DNA from: Bacillales bacterium | GTDB lineage: Bacteria > Bacillota_I > Bacilli_A > RF39 > UBA660 | NCBI GenBank assembly: GCA_016282155.1 | Contig: JAEEJY010000005.1 | Coordinates: forward strand, 10,656-74,655 | DNA length: 64,000 nucleotides | Direction: 5' to 3' | Shown here: positions 30,650-40,059 of the stretch, piece after piece | Position numbering within the stretch: the stretch's first letter is position 1 | Layout: each line of letters begins with the position of its first letter | Notes under the pieces: model-generated | Told to the model about the DNA's origin: nothing | The model's input: only the letters and a program-made list of their open reading frames with translations | Database searches by the model: none | Position numbers and translations under genes: made by a program

Positions 30650-30719
30650 AATACACCTACCATATCATATAAAATAATTATACCATATATAAAGAAAAAA
30701 AGATACAATCACTTGTATC

Positions 30720-31838
30720 TTAATGTACGGATTTAATACCACTATCTGTATCTAATGAAATCATATTGTAAATAAATAGAATATTTTTAATATTAGGATT
30801 TTCTAAAACATAATCACTTATACTCTTTTTATAATATCTTGGATCAATCACATATACTTTATGATAATGATTTACTAAAAATGGGATTAAAGAATTAGCA
30901 TAACTATCTTTTATAACAAGTAAATCATTATTCCCTTTTATATTATTATTTGTTATTTCAATTAGCGAATGATTATTATCTAAAAAGTAAGAGTATTTAT
31001 CCTTTTCTTTTAGATATTTATCTGCATATAAAGTATTAGTTTGAATATCAGTATCAACATACTTAACTGTATAATCTTCATTATCTAAAGAAAACTTATA
31101 TATTGAATCTGATTTTATTAGATAATCACTAGTTTTAGAACTAAGAGTTCCTCTAAAAGAGTCTGTTACTTTAGTGATATTAAATTTACTTATATCAATA
31201 TAGTCAATATTATTATTTTTGGCATATTCTTTATAAGCATAATACGCTGCATAACTAGTCCAGTGATGATCTAATTTGTAGAACATTTGATAATCACTAT
31301 TATGTGTTTTTAAAGTGCTTGTTATATCAATATAATCAAAATTAATATTGTCATAATACTCTTTTATAGTAGCTAATTCATCATAAGATAAAGAATTATT
31401 CGGTAATAAATCTTTGTTGATTTGAATACTTGTTGGAACAAGCATTAAATTCATATTGACATAATTTAATTTTTCATAAAACTTATTTAATCTATTAATT
31501 ATTTTCTTAGTATTAACTGGTTTATTATATTTTTCTATTAAATAGCCATCTTGTGCAAAATATACATCACTAATTTCATCTTTTAATAAGATTCTTTCAC
31601 TAGTTAAATGAATATTCATAAACATATCTCTAAATGGAAAATGGTCAACTAAATAATCCTCTAATTCTTTAATATAATCTCCTTCATATAATCTCTTAAA
31701 TGTAAAAGTAGGAAAAGTAGCAAGCATCCTATTTTCCTTACTTGAAAATTCTTTCTTAGGTAAAAATATTTGTAAAATAAATAGTAATACAAATATTAAA
31801 CTTATCGTTAAAACTATTATCTTTTTAATATACTTCAT
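30720..31838 (-). CDS. DHHW family (AlgJ/SGNH-like) O-acetyltransferase partner
   Basis: ENRMLA, DHFPFRD, YKLDHHW, KDSYANS, IDPRYY. Confidence 0.88.
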   Translation of the reverse strand: MKYIKKIIVLTISLIFVLLFILQIFLPKKEFSSKENRMLATFPTFTFKRLYEGDYIKELEDYLVDHFPFRDMFMNIHLTSERILLKDEISDVYFAQDGYLIEKYNKPVNTKKIINRLNKFYEKLNYVNMNLMLVPTSIQINKDLLPNNSLSYDELATIKEYYDNINFDYIDITSTLKTHNSDYQMFYKLDHHWTSYAAYYAYKEYAKNNNIDYIDISKFNITKVTDSFRGTLSSKTSDYLIKSDSIYKFSLDNEDYTVKYVDTDIQTNTLYADKYLKEKDKYSYFLDNNHSLIEITNNNIKGNNDLLVIKDSYANSLIPFLVNHYHKVYVIDPRYYKKSISDYVLENPNIKNILFIYNMISLDTDSGIKSVH

Positions 31839-31846
31839 AAGATCAC

Positions 31847-33244
31847 CTAAAATCTAAAATATAAGAAAGGATTATATGTATCACTTACTAAATAAGAGAT
31901 CGTTACTAAGAATAATAATAAATATATTAATATTGTTAAAACACTTATTAATTTTGGATATTTTATTTTTTTAATTAAATCTTTTACTTTAGTACTTATT
32001 GGTAAACTAAAGATAATTCCTAGAGTCAAAATAACAAAGTAATTTTTAAAATAATAGAAGAATGCTTTATTTACAAAATCAATATTTCCAATATTAAATA
32101 ATACTTTTAAATATGACCCTAAAGCATTAAAATCAGTTATCGCAAATAAAACCCATCCAAACATTACAATTATTAAAGTATATATGTGTCTTAAATAAAT
32201 TGGCAATCTATCAATCAATTTTTTTAAGAAGAATTTTTCTAGAATTAAAAATATACCATAATATAAACCCCATAGTACAAAATTTAAACTTGCACCATGC
32301 CATAATCCTGTTAACATCCAAACAATTAATATATTGCGGATATTCTTTAATACACCACATCTATTTCCACCTAAAGGAATATATAAATAATCTTTAAACC
32401 ATGTAGATAATGATATATGCCAGCGATGCCAAAAGTCCGTTATTGATGTTGCTATATATGGATAATTAAAGTTTTCTAAATATGTAAATCCTAACATCTT
32501 ACCCATTCCTATAGCCATATCAGAATATCCAGAAAAATCAAAATATATTTGAAGAGTAAATGATATAACTCCTAGAATTGCTAAGCCTGTTGACATTAAT
32601 TCAGGTTCTAAAGAAGTTATTGTTGTAAATAATAAACCTATATTATTTGCAAGTAACACCTTTTTAAATAAACCTCGCATAAATCTAATTAAACCATTAC
32701 TAAAAGAATTAAAAGTAACTTTACGATTATGTAATTCACTAGTGATAGTTTCATATCTTACAATAGGTCCCGCAATTAATTGAGGAAACATTGATACATA
32801 CGTTAAAAAGTCAAAGAAGTTTTTCTCTGCTTTTACCTCATCACGGTAAACATCAATAATATAACTCATTATTTGGAAAGTAAAGAAACTTATACCAATA
32901 GGTAAACTTAAGTTAAGACTGCCTATATTAACTCTAAATAAATAATTAATTATTTGAATTAAAAAGTCTGCATACTTAAAGAATCCTAGTACTAAAATAT
33001 TTACGATTATCGCAATTATTAGATATTTCTTTTTATCTTTTTCTTTTGCTATTTTTAAAGTTAAATAGTAACCTAAGTATGAAGATAAAATAAGTAAAAA
33101 TACATATATAGGTTCTCCCCAAGCATAAAAGATTAAACTAAATGCTAAAAGAACATAATTTTTTATCTTTTTAGGTACTAAATAATATGCAATTAAAAAT
33201 ATAACAAAAAAGAAAAAGAGAAAAGGTATACTACTAAAAACCAT
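31847..33244 (-). CDS. MBOAT family O-acyltransferase (AlgI-like)
   Basis: LPIGISFFTFQ, FPQLIAGPIVRY, YFDFSGYSDMAIG, FWHRWHISLS, LWHGA, YNPFLYFRF. Confidence 0.95.
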   Translation of the reverse strand: MVFSSIPFLFFFFVIFLIAYYLVPKKIKNYVLLAFSLIFYAWGEPIYVFLLILSSYLGYYLTLKIAKEKDKKKYLIIAIIVNILVLGFFKYADFLIQIINYLFRVNIGSLNLSLPIGISFFTFQIMSYIIDVYRDEVKAEKNFFDFLTYVSMFPQLIAGPIVRYETITSELHNRKVTFNSFSNGLIRFMRGLFKKVLLANNIGLLFTTITSLEPELMSTGLAILGVISFTLQIYFDFSGYSDMAIGMGKMLGFTYLENFNYPYIATSITDFWHRWHISLSTWFKDYLYIPLGGNRCGVLKNIRNILIVWMLTGLWHGASLNFVLWGLYYGIFLILEKFFLKKLIDRLPIYLRHIYTLIIVMFGWVLFAITDFNALGSYLKVLFNIGNIDFVNKAFFYYFKNYFVILTLGIIFSLPISTKVKDLIKKIKYPKLISVLTILIYLLLFLVTISYLVSDTYNPFLYFRF

Positions 33245-33259
33245 AATTCTCCCCTCCTA

Positions 33260-33697
33260 TTATTTTGTAATTAAATCACAAACTTTATCTGGATCACTAT
33301 TTACAACATATATAAAATAGTTATCTTCTTCGTAAGTCATTCCTTTTTTTACTAATGCTGTTTCACTAGGAAAATATCCGTTATCCCAGGCAGCTTTATA
33401 TTGATCAACAAAATAATTTGCTTCATCTAAAGCATCTTCCTTGTTGCTACCATATTTAAAGATTGCATACATTTTAGAAACTGCGGCATCCTCTTCCATA
33501 ACTACCATATAAGATTCAAATTTAGATAAATCAACTCCATAAGTCCCTTCAATAGTTTCTTTATCTATTTTTTCAAAATCTTTATATTCTGTTTTTAAAT
33601 TATTATAAACAGTATCATAATTTATATCTAACTTTCTTTTACCACAACCTGTTAATAAAAATGCTACTGCAATTAAACTTATTATTATTTTTTTCAT
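33260..33697 (-). CDS. Lipoprotein, DUF4358-like
   Basis: Lipobox LLTGC; located at the head of the MBOAT-DHHW cluster. Confidence 0.65.
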   Translation of the reverse strand: MKKIIISLIAVAFLLTGCGKRKLDINYDTVYNNLKTEYKDFEKIDKETIEGTYGVDLSKFESYMVVMEEDAAVSKMYAIFKYGSNKEDALDEANYFVDQYKAAWDNGYFPSETALVKKGMTYEEDNYFIYVVNSDPDKVCDLITK

Positions 33698-33766
33698 ATT
33701 ATCACCATAATAAGTATATCATAAATAACCGCTATAAGAAAATAAAAAAAGACTAGTTAGTCTTTT

Positions 33767-34918
<1,152 letters not shown>

Positions 34919-34922
34919 CTAA

Positions 34923-35339
34923 TTATATAGTCTTTTGTTTTGCTGTATATACTTTTCCGATGCTACCTACATAAATTTTTCCAACAACATCATAAGAAAA
35001 TTTATCTCCTTCTTGTTTACCAATTACGGCTTGTCCCATTGGAGAGTTAGGTAATACTGCTTCATAACCGCCAGCTCCAATAGCAGATTCACTAATTACA
35101 TATTTACCTTCTTGTTTGAAACCATAATCACTCATAATAACACTAAATTTACTACCTAAAGTAATTGTGTTACTATTAGGATTTTCTAGTATTTCTACTT
35201 CGTTTAAAATAGCATCATAGCTTTTTACTTCGTTATTTGAAATTTCTTTTTGTCTTGCTGTTGTAGCAAATTTCGCATCTTCAATAGCTCTTTCATGTCT
35301 TCTTGTAAGTACATCATATTGTTCTTGTATAATTTTCAT
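34923..35339 (-). CDS. GreA/GreB C-terminal domain protein with shortened N-terminal coiled coil
   Basis: ITLGSKF, NSPMGQAVIGKQEGDKF match the Gre C-terminal domain; no GDLSENAEY motif. Confidence 0.72.
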   Translation of the reverse strand: MKIIQEQYDVLTRRHERAIEDAKFATTARQKEISNNEVKSYDAILNEVEILENPNSNTITLGSKFSVIMSDYGFKQEGKYVISESAIGAGGYEAVLPNSPMGQAVIGKQEGDKFSYDVVGKIYVGSIGKVYTAKQKTI

Positions 35340-35361
35340 TCCAATTCCCCCCTAAAAATTA

Positions 35362-35580
35362 TTAATCCATAAATTTATTCATTTGTTTCATCATTTGATT
35401 AACTTGTTTTTGACTTGGAGTTCTTCCCATTCCACTCATCATCGCTCTAATCATTTGTTCATTGATTGGTGGATTCTTTTTCATATATTTCATTAAATAT
35501 TTTCTGGCAATGAAAAATCCAATAACACCACCAGCTATTAATCCTACTAATATTTTTAATATATCAAATAATAGTTCCAT
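35362..35580 (-). CDS. yneF: YneF family protein
   Basis: [36 protein letters not shown]. Confidence 0.92.
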   Translation of the reverse strand: MELLFDILKILVGLIAGGVIGFFIARKYLMKYMKKNPPINEQMIRAMMSGMGRTPSQKQVNQMMKQMNKFMD

Positions 35581-35685
35581 ATTTTCACCTCTAATAGTAT
35601 TTTACTAGAAAATATAACTCATTTCAAGATTAAAACTTGAATAAAGATTTAAAATACTATAAAATTAAATTAGAAAGAGGTAAAT

Positions 35686-36636
35686 ATGAAAAAGATAAGT
35701 TTTATTATACCTGTTTACAACGTTGAAAAGTATCTTGATAAGCTTTTAAAAAGTATTATAAGTAATAATTATAAGGATTATGAGATTATAATTGTTAATG
35801 ATGAATCAACCGATAAAACATATGATATATGTGTTGATTATTTAAGTAAATATGATAATATTACCGTTATTAATGAGAAACATCAAGGATTATCAGTCGC
35901 AAGAAATAATGCTTTAAAACTTGCTACCGGTGATTATATTTGGTTTATTGACGGTGATGATTATATTGAAAAAAATAGTCTTAAAATATTATCCAAATAT
36001 ATGGAAAGTAATTACGATATTATTGTTTTTAATTATAATAAGGTATTTAATGATAAAGTCATTAAAATTAATAGTTTTGGTAGCTTTGATGATGTAAAAA
36101 TAAAGTATATCTTGTCTTCAGGATTTGTATGGAATAAGATATGTAAAAAAGAATTATATACTAAGAATCCTTTCCCTAAGAATTTAATATTTGAAGACTT
36201 ACATGTTATGCCAGAACTTGTCTTAAAAACAAATAATATTAAATTTATTGATAATTATCTATATAATTATGTTCAAAGAAAAGATTCAGTATTAAGCACT
36301 TATTTTCCAGATAAAATTGATGAACGTTTAAAAGCCTATGAAACTTTATATAAGAAATTAGGTAAAGAATATTACAACGAGATAGAATATATTTTTATTA
36401 CTAATCTCCTTGAAAGTTTTATCTATGATGAAACATATTTTAAAAAGAAATGTAATTTAAAAAATATAAATAAATATGTAAAAAGTTATTTTAATAAATA
36501 TTATAATAATAAATATTTAAGAGGTTCTTCACATATAAAAAGTATTTTAAAACGTATTTACTTTTTCTTAATCTATCATAATATATTTTTCTTTTCAAAA
36601 ATATATATTAAATTTAAATTAATATTTAACAAATAA
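35686..36636 (+). CDS. Glycosyltransferase family 2
   Basis: IIPVYNVEKYL, VNDESTD, GLSVARN, FIDGDD, FED. Confidence 0.92.
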   Translation: MKKISFIIPVYNVEKYLDKLLKSIISNNYKDYEIIIVNDESTDKTYDICVDYLSKYDNITVINEKHQGLSVARNNALKLATGDYIWFIDGDDYIEKNSLKILSKYMESNYDIIVFNYNKVFNDKVIKINSFGSFDDVKIKYILSSGFVWNKICKKELYTKNPFPKNLIFEDLHVMPELVLKTNNIKFIDNYLYNYVQRKDSVLSTYFPDKIDERLKAYETLYKKLGKEYYNEIEYIFITNLLESFIYDETYFKKKCNLKNINKYVKSYFNKYYNNKYLRGSSHIKSILKRIYFFLIYHNIFFFSKIYIKFKLIFNK

Positions 36637-36667
36637 AAAAGATATTAACACTTGTTAATATCTTTTA
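36636..36667. terminator. Bidirectional terminator between GT2 and tkt
   Basis: AAAAGATATTAACA-ct-TGTTAATATCTTTT. Confidence 0.75.
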
Positions 36668-38656
36668 TTTATATAGTTTTAAAATACTTTCATAAATATA
36701 ATTAAAATCAAGATGGCATGCTCTTAAAACTTCATCTCTACTTCCACTTAAACCAAAGTCATTTACGGTAAATAAGTATTTATCACTATAAACAAATTGA
36801 TGCCATCCAAAAGATGATCCTGCTTCAATTACCATAACTTTAACTCCCATTGGTATTAAGCTTTCCTTATATTCTTTAGGTTGATTCATAAATATTTCCA
36901 TACAAGGCATACTTACAACTCTTAAATCTATACCCTCTTTAGCAAATAATGTTTCTGCAATATTAAGGGCTAATGTAACCTCTGTACCAGTTGCAATTAT
37001 AACACCATGTAATATTCTATTTTCTTTTCTTACGATATAAGCTCCATTTTTAACCAATAATGGATTAGTACATTTTAAATTATTTTGCTCTAATCTAGAG
37101 AGTATCAAAGCATTAGGATTATGCGAATTAAGCATAACTTGCCATGAACCTAATACCTCATTAGCATCGGCTGGTCTAAATACATTTAAGTTAGGTGTTG
37201 ATCTTAACATAGCAAGTTGTTCAATAGGTTGATGTGTTGGCCCATCAGGTCCAATATTTATTGAATCATGACTAAATATATAGTTAACTGGTAAATCCAT
37301 TAAAGCTGACATACGAATAGCTGGTTTCATATAATCAGCAAAACTTAAGAATGTTGATCCAAAAGTTTTAAAACCTGTTAAAGCTAGCCCATTTAAGATA
37401 GCTCCCATTGCATGTTCTCTTACGCCAAACATTATATTTTTACCGGTATAATGACCATCCTTAATTTCTCCTAAATCACGCAAATTAGTTCTTACTGAAC
37501 TAGCAACATCAGCACTACCACCAACAAAGTTTGGCACCTGTCTTGCTATTTCATTAATAATTTCGTGATTACTATCTCTTGTTGCTTCTTTTTCTTCATA
37601 ATTAAAAATCCATTGACGTTCACCATTAATTAATTCAACGTTTTGATTTTTAATATAAATATCTACAATATCTTTATCATATTCATGATTTAAAGTACGA
37701 TATTCACTAAATAATCTACTCCATAAATCATGTTTAACACTTGATCTTTCAAAAATAAGTCTTGTAAAGTATTTTTTTGCTTCTTCATTAACATAGAAAG
37801 GTTCTTTAGGAACTTCTAAACTTGCCTTTAACTGTGCTAAATCATCTTTTTCTAATAATTTACCATGGACTGTATTGGTTCCTGCATTTAAAGAACCATA
37901 ACCGATAGTAGTTTTTACTTCAATGATAGTAGGTCGTAATGATTTTTTAGCAGCATTAATAGCTTTATCTATTTCATTAACGTTATTCCCGTCACCTACT
38001 TTTAATGTATACCATCCCATAGCTTTAAATCTATCAAGAACATTTTCGGTAAATGTATTAGAAGTATCTCCGTCTAAACTAACATTATTTGAATCGTATA
38101 ATACGATTAAATTATTAAGATTTAATGTACCTGCGAAACTTGCAGCCTCATAACTAATACCTTCCATTAAATCCCCGTCACCACATAAAACAAATACATT
38201 ATAGTTTACGAGTGGCTTATTTGAAAATATCTTTCCTTCCTTTTCTAAAGAAAATTTATTTTCTAACATCTTCTCCCCTAGTGCTAAGCCTACGGCTGTA
38301 GCAATACCTTGTCCTAATGGACCTGTTGATACATCTACTCCAGGAGTAACTCCATATTCTGGATGACCAGGAGTTTTGTATCCTTGTTTTCTAAAATGTT
38401 TTAAGTCTTCCATCGATATATCATATCCGGCCATAAATAATGTTGCATATAATAAAGCAGATCCATGACCGGCAGATAAAACAAATCTATCTCTTGATAA
38501 CCAATTATTATCATTAGGTATTACATTCATATGTCTTGAATATAATGTATAGATAATTGGGGCAGCTCCAAGTACAATACCTGGATGCCCACTTCCCGCT
38601 TTATCTATCATATCGATTGCTAAAGATTTAATATTATTAATAATTTTTTCATCCAT
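36665..38656 (-). CDS. tkt: Transketolase
   Basis: SGHPG, RDRFVLSAGHGS, STGPLGQG, GDGDLMEG, FGVREHAM, DGPTHQP. Confidence 0.97.
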   Translation of the reverse strand: MDEKIINNIKSLAIDMIDKAGSGHPGIVLGAAPIIYTLYSRHMNVIPNDNNWLSRDRFVLSAGHGSALLYATLFMAGYDISMEDLKHFRKQGYKTPGHPEYGVTPGVDVSTGPLGQGIATAVGLALGEKMLENKFSLEKEGKIFSNKPLVNYNVFVLCGDGDLMEGISYEAASFAGTLNLNNLIVLYDSNNVSLDGDTSNTFTENVLDRFKAMGWYTLKVGDGNNVNEIDKAINAAKKSLRPTIIEVKTTIGYGSLNAGTNTVHGKLLEKDDLAQLKASLEVPKEPFYVNEEAKKYFTRLIFERSSVKHDLWSRLFSEYRTLNHEYDKDIVDIYIKNQNVELINGERQWIFNYEEKEATRDSNHEIINEIARQVPNFVGGSADVASSVRTNLRDLGEIKDGHYTGKNIMFGVREHAMGAILNGLALTGFKTFGSTFLSFADYMKPAIRMSALMDLPVNYIFSHDSINIGPDGPTHQPIEQLAMLRSTPNLNVFRPADANEVLGSWQVMLNSHNPNALILSRLEQNNLKCTNPLLVKNGAYIVRKENRILHGVIIATGTEVTLALNIAETLFAKEGIDLRVVSMPCMEIFMNQPKEYKESLIPMGVKVMVIEAGSSFGWHQFVYSDKYLFTVNDFGLSGSRDEVLRACHLDFNYIYESILKLYK

Positions 38657-38713
38657 AAACATTCACCTATTTTCATAATACAATTATATCATATATATAG
38701 GTAAATGTACCTT

Positions 38714-38842
38714 CTAATTATTAATAAGAATATTACTTTCATTACTAGAATAATGTCTTAAAGCAACACCTCCAACATAAAAGAATAAAGCATAAAATAA
38801 TATGATAGCTATTAAAAACCATCTTCCTGAAACGTTTTCCAT
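38714..38842 (-). CDS. 42-aa single-TM peptide under LexA control (yneA/sosA position), not in ORF track
   Basis: MENVSGRWFLIAIILFYALFFYVGGVALRHYSSNESNILINN; strong RBS AAAGGAGG; promoter TTGACG-N17-TATAAT. Confidence 0.75.
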   Translation of the reverse strand: MENVSGRWFLIAIILFYALFFYVGGVALRHYSSNESNILINN

Positions 38843-38877
38843 ATTCGTTTCCTCCTTTCTTAATTCCATTATATAGC

Positions 38878-38889
38878 GAACAAGTGTTC
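38878..38889. promoter_or_regulatory. SOS (Cheo) box
   Basis: GAAC-AAGT-GTTC matches the Firmicute LexA consensus; lies between -35 (38891-38896) and -10 (38868-38873) of the minus-strand promoter. Confidence 0.85.
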
Positions 38890-38905
38890 ACGTCAAGAAG
38901 AAAAC

Positions 38906-38944
38906 AAACAAATGTTTGACATTTACACTTTTATGTGTTAATAT
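38906..38944 (+). promoter_or_regulatory. lexA promoter with overlapping degenerate SOS box
   Basis: AAAC-AAAT-GTTT (38906-38917) overlaps TTGACA (38916-38921)-N17-TAATAT, with extended TG. Confidence 0.75.
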
Positions 38945-38974
38945 AAAAATGTAAGAAATAATAAGGAGGCGCTT

Positions 38975-39592
38975 ATGAGTAAATTAACTAAACGTCAAGA
39001 AGAAATACTAACATATGTAAAAGAATATATTGTATCGCACGGATACCCACCTACTGTTCGTGAAATAGGTTCATCTTTAGGTGTATCTTCACCTGCTACA
39101 ATACATACCCATTTAGCTAAATTAGCAGAAAAAGGTTTTATCAAGAGAGACGGTTCAAAAAATAGAGCTATTGAATTATTAGTAGAAAATGAATTTGAAA
39201 ATAAAGATGAAGATGTTATCGAAGTACCATTACTTGGTAAAATAACAGCAGGTTCACCAATTGAAGCTATCGAAAATCCAGATGAATTCTTTAGTTTACC
39301 AGCTTACTTAGTTCCAAATAATAAAGAAGTATTTACTTTAAAAGTAAGTGGTGAATCAATGATCAATGCTGGTATCTTAGATGGCGATATAATTATTGTT
39401 CAAAAGCAAAATGTTGCACGTAACGGAGAAATAGTAGTTGCAATGAATGATGAAAATGAAGTTACTCTTAAAACATTCTATAAAGAAAACGGATATTTCC
39501 GTTTACAACCTGAAAATGATACTATGGACCCAATAATTTTAGATAATGTTACTATTTTAGGTAAAGCAATCGGTTTATATAGAAAATTTTAA
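38975..39592 (+). CDS. lexA: SOS repressor LexA
   Basis: GYPPTVREIG, ITAG cleavage site, GESM (Ser), VTLK (Lys). Confidence 0.97.
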   Translation: MSKLTKRQEEILTYVKEYIVSHGYPPTVREIGSSLGVSSPATIHTHLAKLAEKGFIKRDGSKNRAIELLVENEFENKDEDVIEVPLLGKITAGSPIEAIENPDEFFSLPAYLVPNNKEVFTLKVSGESMINAGILDGDIIIVQKQNVARNGEIVVAMNDENEVTLKTFYKENGYFRLQPENDTMDPIILDNVTILGKAIGLYRKF

Positions 39593-39595
39593 AAT

Positions 39596-39626
39596 AAAAA
39601 AGGAAGTTTAAAACTTCCTTTTTTTA
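39596..39626. terminator. Bidirectional terminator between lexA and pilin gene
   Basis: AAAAAAGGAAGTTT/AAACTTCCTTTTTT. Confidence 0.8.
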
Positions 39627-40007
39627 TTCACCATATACTTCAACCGGATTAGTACAAGACACTTCATATTCTATAATTTTACGACTATTTTTTGTTGCTT
39701 TAATTTGAATATTTTCATTATCACAATCCGTTGGATTAGAAATATCACTAGGAAGATAATCTCCCAAAATTAAGTCATTTAAAGTAAAAGTATATTCTCC
39801 CCCTACTTCTTTAAGTTCATCAATATCATCTAAATTAGTTTCTATATATGTAGAAGAAGCATTAGTAACATTCGTTACAAATGTTTTTTCTTCTTTTATT
39901 TGGGCATCTTTTATGCTTTTAGTTAAACTTGTAAATGATACTACCGCTATTACAGATAAAATTATAACTACTGCCATTAATTCAACTAATGTAAATCCTT
40001 TTTTCAT
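39624..40007 (-). CDS. Short type IV pilin-like protein
   Basis: MKKG|FTLVELMAVVIIL; two C-terminal Cys; start moved to 40007 (RBS AGGTGAG). Confidence 0.85.
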   Translation of the reverse strand: MKKGFTLVELMAVVIILSVIAVVSFTSLTKSIKDAQIKEEKTFVTNVTNASSTYIETNLDDIDELKEVGGEYTFTLNDLILGDYLPSDISNPTDCDNENIQIKATKNSRKIIEYEVSCTNPVEVYGE

Positions 40008-40059
40008 ATTCTCACCTATATTCATTATAGCATAAAAAAAGAATGTATAAAACATTCTT

